NCBI RefSeq assembly: GCF_036321535.1
Contig: NC_087437.1
Location: forward strand, 9,178,001 to 9,242,000
Source: Camelus dromedarius
Taxonomy: Eukaryota
Direction of reading: 5' to 3'
Length of the DNA: 64,000 nt
Shown piece by piece: positions 1 to 14,340 of the stretch. A model generated the notes under the pieces. It searched no databases, was not told the origin of the DNA, and saw nothing but the letters and a program-made list of their open reading frames with translations. How positions within the stretch are numbered: the first letter of the stretch is position 1; the number at the start of each line of letters is the position of its first letter. Both the position numbers and the translations under genes were made by a program.

Positions 1-947
1 TTCTAATAGAGAGATATATTTTTTCCTTAGGAAGGCGGAAGGAAAAAAAAAACTTTTTCCACATCTGCGAGTGGTAGTCCCCCCTCTTTGGAGAGATTTC
101 AGCAGGGAAAAAAATGTGCTGTCTGCCACAGTAACACTTCCCATTTCATTAATGAGGAGACCCGTGTATTGGAGAATGTCCAATTTGGCAAAAAGTTAAA
201 GCGTGGTTTTTCAGCAATTGCCTTTGGTAGTTTGTTCTACGTATGTATTATTGCTATATATGGCAATAATCTTCTGGGTATGACCTTTAGGTTAAAGATG
301 AGGGTTTACCTTCTGCAATATCTCACTATTAAGAATTAGGACATGATAAATCATGAATTTTGAGAGCTTCTACTAATTGAAACTGAACACAGTGAGGGAG
401 CGCCTTCTGACAAGCGAATTTAGAATGAGTAAAGGATTGAGGACATGGAGACAGCGACGCCAAGCCAACTAGGATTCAAATCTGTGCCACAGAATTCTGC
501 AAGGCAGCCCATATAATAAAAAGGGAGGAATAATTGTCAGCTCTGCAAGCTTTTTTTGTACCAGAGAGCTGTCTTGAAGATAAGAAAACAAACTCTCACA
601 GCGGATGGCACAATGATAAAATATTTAGTGAGGATATAATTTAGAACATTATCCCATCTGGTCTCGGACATCTTACTATATGTCTAAGACTGACTTAGCG
701 ATTTTCATTACCATGTTAGTGTTCCACAGATGGACGACGGAGAAAACGTTTTAATCACCAGAAGGACACCATGATGTAACTCATGCACACTTGCCACACT
801 CAGACATGTAGAATAAAATTGTTTCTCAAATTTCAGAGGACCAGGAAAGGAGTTTTCAGGGAGTAAGTTCTACTGGATAAATTATGGGAAATGGCTCACA
901 AAGATGAGAGAAATATAGAAAAAAGAGAGGACCTTTAAAAAAAATCA

Positions 948-1115
948 AGAGATGAACAACAAGGACCTATATGTAGCACAAGGAACTATATTCAGTATCT
1001 TGCAATAACCTATAATGAAAAAGAATATAAAAAAGAATATATATGTATAACTGAATCACTTTGCTGTATACCAGAAACTGGCACATTTTAAATCAACTAT
1101 GCTTCAATTAAAAAT
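948..1115 (+). mobile_element. L1 3'-UTR fragment (5'-truncated)
   Basis: acaacaaggacct...gaactatattcagtatcttg...gaatcactttgctgtataccagaaact...cttcaattaaaaa; the same motif series recurs in many copies in this window. Confidence 0.85.
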
Positions 1116-1215
1116 TTTTTAAATTGAGATAACATTATATATACATATATTTTACATATATTAAAACACATATACATATATTTAGATATATTAATAATAT
1201 ATACATATATGTGTA
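1116..1215. repeat. AT-rich / (TA)-like low complexity
   Basis: Degenerate atatac/atat runs after the L1 tail. Confidence 0.7.
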
Positions 1216-4200
1216 ATAACAAATTTTCAATAACTGCTAAGCATTCCATTTCAACTGTAAATTGTGCTGTCTCAAGACTCCAACTATCAGTAATTTCATC
1301 CAAAACAGCAATTTAATACGATTTTTTTCCTCTGTAGGCAGGGCAACAGGAAGGGAGGTCATCACACAATACAATCATTTTTCAATAGAATTTCTCCCCT
1401 CAAAGTCATTGTCTCCATATAATACTAATATACTTCAGCCAAGAAGATTTTTAAGAGTTGGAGGACACATAGAAATTAGGTAAAATGTGCACATCAAAAT
1501 GAACAGGAGAAATCAGAATTCTACTAATTATTTACTGAAAGGTTGGTTGCTGAAAAAATTAATAGGACTGCTTAGAAATAATAACATTCTGGAACAAACG
1601 CCTCTCTTTACAGCAAAGCCAACGGACCAATTTCCAGTCTTCCTTTTTTTTAGCTACAGAAACCATATAAACCACATTTTTCATGAAATTCCAGATATAA
1701 AATGATCTCCTCTATTACAAGCCCATAAATGATCACACTGTTTCAGAAAGTCCAAGCCACAGCAGATTGCCTCTTGCACAAAAACTCAACACACCATGTA
1801 TTCTTTTTTTTTTTTTTGAGAATATTCATTGTAACTTTATCACCATTTCACCAAAACTCTAGTTGAAACACTAAAAAAAAATGTCAATCTCTCTTTTGTC
1901 TAAATGATGTAGAATAACCATTTGATTTTCCTTAGGTCTTATTAAAAAGACTAGTTATTATGGCTTTATTTCAACAGCTTCAAATCCAATTATTTATTTT
2001 GAGTACATACTTAGGGGAAAAAATCCATTCTGATTCTTGGTTAGCTCTGTCAACCAAGATTTAATTCCATACTTTGAGATAAGTAGATTTTTAAAGTAGA
2101 GCTGTGTTAATAAAGAATATAATGTCTGATAATTTAAAAATAAACTTGTATCACCTCTGATGGGTTGGTCTGTATGGCAATTCTAATCCACGGAATGTGA
2201 AATATTTTTATAGCTACAAAAGGATAGAAATCTAGTCTCATGCGACCTGACCTCTCAAATGGGGACAGCATTTCTATTTCATTTCATCCTTTGGGATCTC
2301 ATTGCATGAGTCAAATCAGAACACCATATTAGAGACAATTTGATATTAGACATCCTGAAATTTCATCACTAATTTTGACAAAATAATTTACAAATATAAT
2401 CTTTAATAAAGCCTTAGAAAAGACTCATTATTTTATGTAGAATATATATTTGTAGAGCTATTTTTCATAATCACTATTTCGATTATGTTTAACTCAAGGC
2501 CAACTGTGAACATTAAAATTAAAAGCCAGTACTTTGGGTAAACCACTTTGTTTTACAGATTCATTTTTTTTTTTTAAATGATCTTTCTTGGGATAGAAGA
2601 TTTTCTGTTTTCATGGATCCTGTTTTCTGTAAACCTGTTTTAAAGCAACTTGGGGTTCTTTTGAAGAAATTTCTCTAGAAATGGAGAAGCCTAAATGACT
2701 GGCTCTGCTCAAGTCCTTCCTGGCAGATTCCTCTGGCTCTGATGGAAGCCAGGCCAAGAATGCCAGCAGTCTCCGGCTGGATGTGTGGAGTCCAAGGTCT
2801 GGATGGACGGGGGCATCCCAGGCAGACACCACATCCATGCCTGGCACTCGGAAGGCTGTGGCCAAGCAGTCAAGATCACAGCCAGGTCCCCACAGCCAAT
2901 TCACAGGGCTGAGGAGAGAAGTCAGAGCCAGGAGGCAAGCTGATTGAGAAGACACAGCACTGGGCTATTTGAGGACAGAGCTTAAGACCATGGCAGGCAG
3001 ACAAGGTGGAGACCTTGTCAGGTTATTTTTAGCATAATGGCCTTACCTCTTGGACAGCCCTGCCATGGATTTCTTGGGATGACTCATGGCCACCACCTGC
3101 CCCTCCCAGAAAAGAGGAGGGGACGCAGAGGGAAGGATGGGGGCTGTGGGGTCTGGTCTTTGGGCTTCATGGCCCTGGACCACACTAGAGGGAAAGGGGT
3201 GAAGAGGCAGGAAGCGTAGGCTGGGCTCAGTCTCCTTTATTTCCTCCTCTTTTGTTCACCTTGCCTCTTCCCAACCTCATGAAAAACAAGATGGCAGGAT
3301 AAATGATTAAAGTAACACATGTATGTACAGATGTCTCCTTTTGAGATTTCAACTGGCTCCTGTAAGCCTCCTCTTACTGCGGGCACTTCTAGAGAAAACA
3401 AAACTTTAAAAACTTTCCAGGTCAGCTGGGAAAAACAAAAAGTGACCAAGGATCGGCCAGGTCGACTCACAGAGTTAAGCTGTCTGATCTGGTTCATCTC
3501 TTCCCAGAAGCGCATCCAGAGAACATTACAGCCTGGGCCCAGGTTGGCAAGCATGAAATACATTTTACCAAAATAGAAGCCCCAGATGAATGCACCCAGA
3601 TATTTTATGTGCACAGATAATTCTAAGTGTTGTGGGAATTCTCAGAGGTGCTTAGACAATGAAAAAAATCATGTATTTTATTTTCACTTCACAAGTGATA
3701 AAGGCATTTCGTGCACTGCAATGCCCTAACAGGAGTCATTTGCTTCAGAAAAAAATTCCATTGTAACCTAACCTTTAAAACACAATTCCAAAGCCAGGAC
3801 AAGTCTCTTCACTGCCTGACGGGTCAATCTGGGTTGATAAATGTGTCCTCAGCCTGGAAGTTTAATTACCTTAAGTTGAATAAATCTGAATGAGATGGAA
3901 ATTATTTGCTTATTAACTCTGTTTTTTTTTTTTTTTTTGTAAGACAAGAGAGGACTAGAAAGAAAAGAAGAACAAGAGGAAAGTAAGAGAGCGTGTCTTA
4001 AGTGCCCTTCTAAAAAATACAGATTATACAGGGAGGAAAGTTTTGTGAGCTTCTCTTCTTAAAGGGTATTTTTATCAGTCAGCACAATGGGTCAACATGA
4101 TGAACTGACCCATAGGATTTGGATGAAATCCTCTTTTGGATCTTTGAAGGTTCCATCATCACAGATGCTCCTTTTCTACTGAAGGATCTATGCTGTTAAG

Positions 4201-5170
4201 ATTTCTGAGATGCTCACAGAAATGGTGCCACCCGAGATGATGATTTATACATTCTGATGTGAAAATCACTGAAACACGCAATGACTGGTAGATGCCAAAG
4301 AAGTCGACAGCCGATTGTGCAAGGTACATGTTACACAGTAACCCCACCTGGCAGATAAGGCATCACTCAAAATGAGACAAAGACTGCTCCTTCAACTACT
4401 TTTATGTCTCATTCTTTTTTTCTTTTCTTGCTATTTTACATTTTGCATGACATAGAGTGATCTCTCTAGTTGGTCCAACAACCCAGCTCTCTCGTTTTAT
4501 AGGTCCTTATTCTAAATGTCATTACTGCTAAAGGAATCAGCTGTTGCACTTTCTCAAGCATAAACCTAAATAATTACAACAATTAAACCAAAGTGCTATT
4601 AAGAAAACTTAAAAGATGCAAGGGTAATGCCCTACATTTGTTTGGTCCTTTTTAGTTTTCAAATACATTTTGTAGACACTTATTTCTTTATATCCCCAGG
4701 ACTGTTAAGATGGACATTAGAATTCCTATTTTATAAAAGAGAAAACTGGTTTATTGATATGTCACTCACTAGACTCATAGCTATAATTAGAGAAAGCCAT
4801 TTTGAGTACCAACACTTTTTAGGATTTATTGTTGCCATCTGGTAAAAAAATATATCTTTATCATCAAGAATTAAGTGTAAAAAAATAAGTACTATCAATA
4901 GGAGAACTGATACTGCAGAATCATATAGTAGTAATTTTTTATTTCTATAAAAATATTATTGCTAAGACAATGTGTATGGCTAGGACACATTATATAGTTA
5001 ATTTTGAGCTAATTTTATAGCATTTAGAATAGAGGAATATTTATTAACAATTTTATGTAGTAATATTGCTATACTACTTAAGTTTAATGAACCATGTTAG
5101 ATTTTAATACCCGCTTAACATATTTACTAAGGTTTCTAACCTTTTAGAAATTATAATCTTTTAAAACATG

Positions 5171-5350
5171 ATACTAACTACTATATATAAAGGTCCTACT
5201 GTAGAGCACAGGGAACCATATTCAATATCTTATAATAACCTATATTGAAAAAGATTATGAAAAGGAATATATATATGTATAACTGAATCACTATGCTGTA
5301 CACTAGAAATTGACACATTGTAAATCGACTATACTTCAATTTTAAAAAAA
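5171..5350 (+). mobile_element. L1 3'-UTR fragment
   Basis: ggtcctactgtagagcacagggaaccatattcaatatc...acttcaattttaaaaaaa. Confidence 0.85.
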
Positions 5351-5459
5351 CATAAAAAGACAAAGATATCCTTTAAATAGCAGTTAGATAACATTATTTT
5401 TCTCCTTAAACTACCACAAGGGCTCCCTTTTTCATCCTTAGTAAAAGCCAATGTCCAAC

Positions 5460-7705
5460 CGAAAGCTTAGATCAGGGGCAGGACAAGGATGTCTCTCTTA
5501 CTATTGCTATTCAATGCTGCACTGAAAGTTCTAGCCAGGACTGTTAAGCAAGAAAGCAAAATAAAATGTATCCGGATTGTAAAGGAAGAAATAAAACTTT
5601 TCAGAGGGCATGACCTTATCCATAGAAAACCTCAAAGAATCTACAAAAACAAAAATTAGATCTAAAAAAATGAGTTCAGCAACGTTGCAAAATACAAGAT
5701 CAATATACAAAAATCAGTCATGTTTTATGCATTAACAATGAACAGTCTGAAAGTAAAATTAAAAAAAATTATTTACCATGATATGAAAAGAATAAAATAC
5801 TTAGGAATACATATAATCAATGAAGTGCAATACTTGTTCACTGAGAACTCTAAAATGTTGCTGAAAGAAAATTTAAAATACCTAAATATGGGAAGATATT
5901 TTTTATTCATGGATTGGAAGACTTAATATTGCTAAGATGATATTATTCCTGGAAGTGATCTACAGCTTAAATGCAAAATCTATCAAATTCCCAATGGCCT
6001 TATATTGCAGAAATTAATAAGCTGAACAAAAGTTCATACAGAAATGAAGAGACCCTAACAATATCAATATTGAAAAAAAGAATGCAAAGAAGTACTCACA
6101 CTTCCTATTTGAAAACTTACTTAAAAAGCTGCAGTAATTAAAACCAAAGGGGAAAGGGCAAGGGAGGGATAAATTAGGAGTTTGGGATTAACAGATACAC
6201 ATTACTATATATAAAATAGATAAAACAACAAGGGTTTACTGTATAGCTAGGGAACTATATTCAATTACTTGTAATCACATATAATGGAAATGAATCTGAA
6301 AAGAAAAAAATATGTATTTATATGTATAATTGAATTGCTTTGCTGTACAACTGAAACTAACATTGTAAATCAACTACACTTCAATAAAAAATAAAATAAA
6401 AAAAACTAGTGTGGCACAAGGATAGACAGACATATAGATCAATGAAATAAAACTGAGAATAAATGCCACGTATAGACAGGTAAATTTGACAAGGGTGGTA
6501 AGACCATTCAAAGAGGAAAGAATAGTCTCTTCAACAGATGCTCCTGGGACAAATAGATACCCACATGCAAAAGAATGAAGTTGGATCCCTGCCTCACACC
6601 ATATGCTACTCAAAATAGATCAACTTAAACATAGGACTCTTTTAAGGAAACACAGTTGTAAATATTTGTGACCTTGGATTAAGCAATGATTTCTTAAAAA
6701 TGATATTAAAAGCAGAAGAATCAAACAAAATAGATAAGTTGGACTTCATCAAAACAAAAAACTTCATGTGTCAAAGACACTATCAAAAAAGTGATAAAAA
6801 CAATTCACAGAATGGCAAAAAATATTTGCAAATCAATTATATGATAACAGTCTAGTGTTTAGAATATATAAGGAACTTCTACAACTCAACAATGAAAAGA
6901 CAAACAGTCCAATTATAAGGGGGACAAATGATCTGAATAGACATCTTTCCAAATAAGATGCAAATGGCCACTAAAGGCTTGAAAAGATAGGTCCACACGA
7001 TTAGTCATTAGAGAAATGCAGATCAAAACCACAATGAGATGTTATTTCACACTCACTAGTATGGCTATAATAATGATGAAAATGGGTTAAAAGAACAGAA
7101 AATAACAAGTGTTAGCAAGGATGTGGAGAAATTGGAATCCCCATACATTGCTGGTAGGAATATAACACGGTGCAGTGGCTGTGGGAAAGGTTGGTGGTTT
7201 CTGAAAAAGTTAAACCTAGCATTAACATATGACTCAGCAAGTTCACTCCTCAGTGTATACCCCAGATAAATGAAAATATATTTTGACGCACAAGCTTGTA
7301 AATGAGCGCTCACAGCAGCACTTCACAATGACCAAAAGAGGGAAACAACCCAAAGATCCATCAAGTAATGAATGGGCACACAAACGTGCTATGTCCACAC
7401 AACGGAGTATTACTCAGCCATATAAAGAAACAAAGTAATGACACATGTTACCATATGGATGAATCTTGAAAGTGTTACCCTAAGTGAGAGAAGTTTGTCA
7501 CAAAGGACCAGGCATTGCATGATTCCATTTACCAGAATAGCCAAATCCACAGAGATAGACAAAGTAGACTAGAGGTTGCCAGGGAATGAGGGAAAGTAAA
7601 ATTAGGCGGTGCAGGCTTTCTTTTGGTGGCGATGGAAACATTCTGAAATGTGATAGCTGTAATGGTTGTGCAACACTTTAAAGATACTAAACACCCTAGT
7701 CTATA
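5460..7705 (+). mobile_element. Old L1 (L1MA/L1MB-like): decayed 3' part of ORF2 and 3' UTR
   Basis: ORF2-like remnants (KRIKYLGI in ORF 5720-5926; caaaatacaagatcaatatacaaaaatca; gaaatgcagatcaaaaccacaatgagat), then an L1M 3'-UTR pattern; many stops and frameshifts. Confidence 0.9.
6144..6406 (+). mobile_element. Younger L1 3'-UTR fragment nested in the old L1
   Basis: G-rich tract gggagggataaattaggagtttgggattaacag through cttcaataaaaaataaaataaaaaaa. It interrupts host ORF2 between gcagtaattaaaac and tagtgtggcac. Confidence 0.88.
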
Positions 7706-7739
7706 ACACCTTCTCGGTGAAAGGTTGTCTTACTACCTT

Positions 7740-8012
7740 GGATAAAACCGCACCCCTCTTCCCACACCTGTGATACCTCTTATTCTCCCCTGCTTTCTTT
7801 TTTTCCCCCCATAGAATTGATCACATTCAAATATGCAATGAAATGTATAGCAACCTAAGGGTTGTTGTTTATCATCTGTCTTGCTGCAGTGGAATGTAAA
7901 CCCTACAAGGGCAAGAATTTTTAGTTTTGTTCTTTGCTGATTCTTAGCACCTAGAATTGTACCTGAAACAGATTCCCAATAAATGTTTCTTGAATGAATG
8001 AATGAACAAATG
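7740..8012 (+). mobile_element. L2 3' end
   Basis: gaatgtaaaccctacaagggcaag...cttagcacctagaa...caataaatgtttcttgaatgaatgaatgaa, the typical L2 terminus. Confidence 0.82.
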
Positions 8013-9009
8013 AAACAACTCAGGAAATAAAATGACACTTGAAAAGGAGGAATGAATATAGGAGGAGGCAGAGAAAAGCCTAAGGTCAGTATGTGGTTAC
8101 AGTTATGTGGAACTCATTTTTTTTTTAATCTCTTTAAAACTTCTGGTTTCTTTTGTTCAAGTGTGATTTAATTAGGTAATTTAAGACAAGTGGTTATGAT
8201 TTTTTTTTAAATGAGGGATCTTGTTCCATGATTTCTGAAGTCCTTTCCAGCTCTAAAATAATACCATGCTTTGAAAAACAGATGTTTCTAAAAACTTAGC
8301 TGTAAGACCCACAGTTCCTAAGGGAGTGATTAATCAGTTAATCTAAAAATTGCACACAACTAATTCTTCACTAGCCCTTCCCTTACCAAAGGCCAACAGT
8401 CAAATGAGATATGGTATATGGGGAAAATCATTTTCTGCATTTGGCAAATTATGCCGGGAATCATATCAAGACATGATTGCCACACCTTTTTCCCCTCTTC
8501 TGCTAGGCCAGGAAGAAAACAGATAAACTTTAAACAGCTGAAAAAAAGATTAAGATAAAAGCTAATAATGCAAGAAAAAAGACTGTAGGAAAATTGGAAC
8601 TCTCCATCAGCAAGTAGCTGTGTAAAACGGAGATGTCTCAACCTTACGAAACAGACTGAGGTTCTCTTTAAAACTACAGGTAAAAATATGAAAAAAAAGT
8701 TTAATTTTACTACATATTATGGTTCTTTTAAATCTTGTTCTAAACCTAAATGCATTTTGTACGTATTATTAGGATGAGTTAATAATCATACTTAATCCAT
8801 TTCATGTTTTGTTTTCTTTTTTTCTCCTCACAGAAGCACCATCATTGAGTGAAAAGACATGCTGGTTTTTTTGTTTGTTTGTGTTTGTTTTTGTTTTCAG
8901 TTAGTTAATTCCACGAGGAGCCTACCCACTAATGAGGATCAACCTAGGGAAACTTCACAAGCAGGTTTTGACCTGGTAGCTGAGGCCAAAGAGTCTCAAA
9001 CCTAAGTCA

Positions 9010-9605
9010 ACAAGTTGGTGCAGCCATTTTGGAAATTATTTTGATACAGTTCCTCAAAGGGTTAAACACAAAGTTACCATGTGACCCGGATATCCACACC
9101 CACACATACCTAAGAGAAAGGAAGATGTGTGGCCACTCAAAAACTTGCACAAAAATGTTCATACCAGCATGATCCCTAATACCCCCAAAGTGGCAAAATC
9201 CAAAGGTCCATCAACTGACGAAAGCAAAAAAGAAAATGTGACTTATCCCGGTAATGGATCATTACTCTGCCTTAAAGAGGAGGGAAATCACGACACGTGT
9301 CACATCAGGAATGAACATGAGGAAGTCACTGTGCTAGGTCAAACGGATCAGTCACAAAACACCAGGCCTTCTGTGATGCCATTTTTAAGGACTCTTCTGC
9401 ACGGGCAAACCTACAGAGACAGAAGGTAACTCAGTGGTTGTCAGGGGAGAGGGAGGGAGGGGAAATGGGGTTGATGGGTATGGGGTTTGTTCAGAAGGTT
9501 CTAAAATTGATTGTGGTGATGAGTGCACAACTCTGTGAACACACTAAAAACCACCAAATTGTACACTTTAAACGGGGGGCTTGTATGGTATATGAATTAT
9601 CATTG
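9010..9605 (+). mobile_element. Old L1 (L1MB/MC-like) 3' end
   Basis: ggtgcagccattttggaa...gttaccatgtgaccc...gttctaaaattgattgtggtgatg...tgtacactttaaa. Confidence 0.85.
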
Positions 9606-9949
9606 CCATAGAGTAATAAGCTATGAAAATTCTGACTCTGTTTCTGGTTTGCCAAGAGGATGCATGAGCAGGTGTTGGCTCCTGTCATCTGGGAGGGGGG
9701 AGGGGGAGCACAGGTGACGCCAACGCTTACGTAGGTGCCATGGTGGATTTCAGACATCTCAAGAGTGGTGTGGCCCTTGTGCGACTTCTGTCTTCAGGCT
9801 GCTCTCTGGGGAGACTGAGCCTTATTAATTAAAATAGGCAAATGAGATGGTAGTAATGATGTACCTCAAGCCAAAAAGATTCCTCCTAAGACAATGATAA
9901 CCACACCTCTGCTAAAAGTCTTGTAGAACCAAATCTAAGCTCCTCGGTA

Positions 9950-10267
9950 AAACGTGCCAGTCTGGCCTTTGAACACTTCTGAGCTACAACTCCAGCTCCT
10001 CAAACTAGCCAAGCACCCCACGTGCTATGCTCTTGCCCAGCTTGGCGGGCACCCTTTGGCCAAGGCTCAGTACAAATGTTACTGCAGAACTCGGATTCCT
10101 TCTCCATATGCTTACAACACCAATTTCCATATTCTCATTTTGGCACTAATCCTGTTACTATAATTATTTTTTAAATGAGCAATCTTTTCCCCAGCCGGTG
10201 TCTCCCAAGGGCACATGGTAAGTGCTTAAGTAAGGTACTTGTTTGGCTGGCTGGATGAATGAGTGAA
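9950..10267 (+). mobile_element. Degraded L2 3' end
   Basis: Ends gcacatggtaagtgcttaagtaag...ggatgaatgagtgaa. Confidence 0.55.
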
Positions 10268-12069
10268 TCCAGTGTTGCGTTTAACTATCTGTTTGACAGC
10301 TCCTCTCTGCAGGGACGGACGGGGAGGGTGGAGTGACACAACACCTGATGAATGAAATGTAAATTTAAATGATCGAAGTGGTGGGGGCAATTGCAAAGTC
10401 AATGAGTGGACAGACAGTGGTGTGGAATCCGCACAAGGTTGGCGTGTTAGGGTACCTTTTACTCTCAGTGAGTTCTCAATCCCCGTCAAGAGAGCATCCC
10501 ATCGTGCTAAGTGTATTTTATTTTTAAGCAATACAGCCCTTGAACATAAACCAGCTGTCTCATCTAGCACTCAGCCAGTGTACCATAATCTACAGTACTG
10601 CTTCATGAAAATGGAACAGGCTGGGCATTCAAGACAGACAGCATGTCTACGCCAACCTGCCACCTTTTGAAGGCATGTCCAAGGGTAAGTAGGAGAACAC
10701 CCAATGCTGACTGCAGGTGAGGGCCTTGGAAGATGGACTCCATTCTGTAAGTCTGGGGATACAAGACTCTGCTCCAGGTCTCAGGCTGACCACCTCCAAC
10801 ATCCCTGAGTGATGCTTCACAAGCCAAGCTGCAGCAAGCACCGGGCCACCTCACTAACGGGATTGACTGCTGCTAAATCACCTGTCACGTTTTCTGAATT
10901 TCCAGTTGATTTAGTCTGAATGTTAAGCTTACTCCTTGGCGTCCATGTTTCCGTTGATGCTGTTTCATGAGGATTCCCAAGAGACCTAGGCCTGACCTCA
11001 AGTTCACACTCAGATGCTTTTGTGGTGACACCGTCTTTTTCCTTTCCAGGGCTGGACAAAATAAAATTCAACTGTAGCTTAGTGTCGTATGTCCTAGCGG
11101 GCATGAATGACTGAAGTAGATCTGGAGGCCTTGGTTTACAACTGCCTGAACTCCAGATGCCTCAGCCCTCAGCCTGATGCTGTGTGGAACTATTCCATGG
11201 ATATCAGGTCATGTGTACAAAACCAGAAAGCCGTTGGTGATATTGAGTATTTATCATTTAACCTGGATTCTACCAGATTATATTCAGTATAAAGTTTAAC
11301 AGCAAGCTTTTAAATTGTGGATGTCAGTGGGGACAAAAGAAATAAAGAAATTGATTTTTCTTTAAAATATTACATTGTACGTGGCTTTGAAATTAGATCT
11401 TTGTATATTATCTTACAGTGAAGCTACAACAAATGAGTCCTTTAATAAAACACACAAGTGTTTACATCTGTGGCCTTTGTGTTGTGTGTGTAAGAAGCAA
11501 TATTTTGTATCATTTTCTATCCAGCACAAAACTTTTTCAGGAAAGAAGGTGCAACAAAGGTATTTATTCAGAGCAGCTGTCATCTCTAAAACTGATGGTT
11601 TTCTAATTTGATCTAGAGTTGTGATGCTGAACGTCCTAAAGAAAACAGCAATTAATAAGGACAACTGAATTTGTGAGCTAATTCCTGACTCAAGACTCAT
11701 GCTTCTGCTAGGAAAAAAAATTTATTAAACTGATTGCCTTCATAACATCAAAGATTTGTTTATCACTGGACAATTTGCTAACTGCTTTACATCCATTCAT
11801 TCTCACAAAATCCTTTTAAATCAGAGCAACACTATTTTTGCTTATTTTAAAATGCTTAAACAAAAGTTTAGAGACTTGCACTGGCTTCACTGAAAGACAC
11901 AAGCTCTGAACTGCTGCCTGAAGACCACGGTGGACCTCTCCCATCACGTACGGTGTCCTAGGGAACTGAGGTGAGAAAAGGATGGAAAATGGAAAGAGAC
12001 TCTCTGCTTTTCATCTTTTAAAATCATCGTTAAGTTTTAGTTTTTTTCTCTTTGGTCTTCACATTTTAT

Positions 12070-12318
12070 TTATTCATTTATTTTTATTTTTAATTTTTTT
12101 TAAATGAAGGGTAGTTGATTTACAATGTTAGTTTCAGGTATACAGCAAAGCCATTCAGTTATACCTGTACATACATATACATTTTTTTCTTTTCATATTC
12201 TTTCCCATTATACATTATCACAAGAAATTGAATATAGTTCCCTGTGTTCTACAGTAGGTTCTTGTTGTTTTATCTATTTTATATACAGTAGTGTGTGTCT
12301 GTTAATCACAAACTCCTC
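12070..12318 (-). mobile_element. L1 3'-UTR fragment
   Basis: Poly-T, then gtagttgatttacaatgttagtttcaggtatacagc...ctgttaatcacaaactcct; reverse complement of the other copies. Confidence 0.87.
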
Positions 12319-12934
12319 ATCACATTTTAAATGATACATGATTTTTTAAATTTAAAACTCCTCTTTGAAATTAAGTTTTAATTTTGAAGACGAAAATTCA
12401 AGAGAGCAATTCTAGTAAAAATGTTATAAATTCAAATTATCTGTGCTGGGCAAAATATTAAATAGTAACTTAATTGCCTTCAAATTTGCACAGGAACTAA
12501 TTAGGCCTCTAGCCAATTGAAATCACACACTATCAACTTGTACATTTCAAATATTCATGGAAAGGAATCAGACGCTCTCCCGAGATCAGCTGCAAGTGTT
12601 CAGTGGATCACTCACTGGGACAAAAACGCATCTGCAGCCTTGTTAAAGTGTTTTTAATCCCTGAACAGTTAACATTGGGCTTAGATACTCCCTGCAACTG
12701 ACTCTCCAGTTAGTAAAATAGGTAACAGTAGGTGTCTGGTGTATAGCAGTTGCTTAATAAATATTTTGTGAGCGAGCTCATTTTTTGGTCCCTAGTTTAA
12801 CATTTCACAGCTGTAATGTAACAATCCGGGACACTGCCTGCACATACAACAACAACCAACAGCAACCAACAACAACTCCCTAGCCTGGAAATTCCAGAGT
12901 CTCCCATGGTGGCTTGGTGGTTGGAATGGTTCTG

Positions 12935-12986
12935 CTCAATTCTGAACACAACTTTGTACTCTCAAATCTAAACACAACTTTGTGCT
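12935..12986. repeat. 26-bp tandem duplication
   Basis: ctcaattctgaacacaactttgtact / ctcaaatctaaacacaactttgtgct (23/26 identical). Confidence 0.85.
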
Positions 12987-13374
12987 CTGAATTTAGTCTC
13001 TTGCTTTTCCCCTGGTCTATAATTTTGTGAGCCAAGATTTAGTCTGCAGAGGAAAAGATGCACAATGAGCACCTAGAGCAGAGGTCGTGAAAGTAACTGG
13101 GAGAGAGAGATGTCCTTCCAAGCTGATGCTGACCCCTGCTTGCAGTTAAGTCAGTCAAGAGAAGAAACATAGCTTAGAAGTATAGATAGATATTTAGGTA
13201 GATAGTAAGTAGATAAATAGCAAAATAAAAGGTAAAAAGGAGACATTAAAATATGTCTAACCTTATGCTAGAAGTAAATAGCAATTTTTAGAGGATAAAG
13301 ATAAAGACACAATGGAGGCAAGAGACAAAATAAGTTAAAATGAATTTTAAATGCTATAAAGTTCAAATTATATA

Positions 13375-13645
13375 AGACAACCTTATAATCATATAATAAT
13401 TATATTCTGTAAGTACATATTAATATAATATATTAAAACTATATATAATGTATTAAGATTATATATAATATATTATGTATAAATATATGCTATGTATAAC
13501 TATATATAATTATATTTAATATGCAACTATATGTAATAAGTAATTACATTTAATATGTAACTATATGTAATATGTAATTACATTTAATATGTAACAACAT
13601 ATAATTATATTTAATATGTAACTATATGTAATAATATAATAATAA
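13375..13645. repeat. AT-rich low-complexity block with ~34-bp minisatellite units
   Basis: atttaatatg(t/c)aactatatgtaata(a/t)gtaattac at 13514 and 13548, with partial copies at 13582 and 13609. Confidence 0.85.
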
Positions 13646-14074
13646 TCACATGGTAAGCTAAAAAGATAGGCAGGCAACACCTAATAATTTAAAAAACTTT
13701 GTTTGATGAAAAAATATACAGATTTGAAAGATAAAAATAAGTGGGCTAAGCTATAATGATATTAATAGTAATACATACAATTTTATTAGTCCAGATAATT
13801 TAAATAGTAAATATACAAACAATAAAATAAGAGGAAAAGTAGAGCATAAAATATTCAATAACACATCAAGATTATAAAACATTACATGTAATATGATCCC
13901 AGTTTTATAAAAAATACACCCCATATGTTTTTAAAGGGAGACTAGAGGGAAACAAAAATGATTGATTGATAGACTCTCTTTTTCCGTATGGAAATACACA
14001 TCCACGTTACTACTTTCACAACTAGAAAAAGTAGGAATTAGTTAAAACAGTGATGATTCAGGGAGCACCAGCAG

Positions 14075-14340
14075 AGCCAGAACGAGGCGCGCAGGCAGCT
14101 CGGTCTCGGAGATGCAACAGAGCACAGTGGGAGGAGCCGAGCAGTCCAGAGGGCCCTGAGAGCGGAGCGCCCTGGGACGTGCGCAGCAGCCAAGCCCCTG
14201 CAGGCTGGCCCTGCAGGCCCGGCTCTACCCCAGCCGGCTAGTTTTCTCACCACGACTCCAAGCCCGCTCGCCTTCTCCACATACGCTTACGGCGCTGAAA
14301 AGACACCCATCTCCAGGGGTTGACCCTACAGCCCAGACGT
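14075..14340. promoter_or_regulatory. Small CpG/GC-rich patch
   Basis: About 18-19 CpGs in ~260 bp by hand count, next to very AT-rich DNA; function unknown. Confidence 0.35.

Noticed and set aside
13500..13640. CRISPR-like periodic repeats
   Set aside because: Contiguous AT-rich tandem units with no unique spacers, in mammalian DNA.
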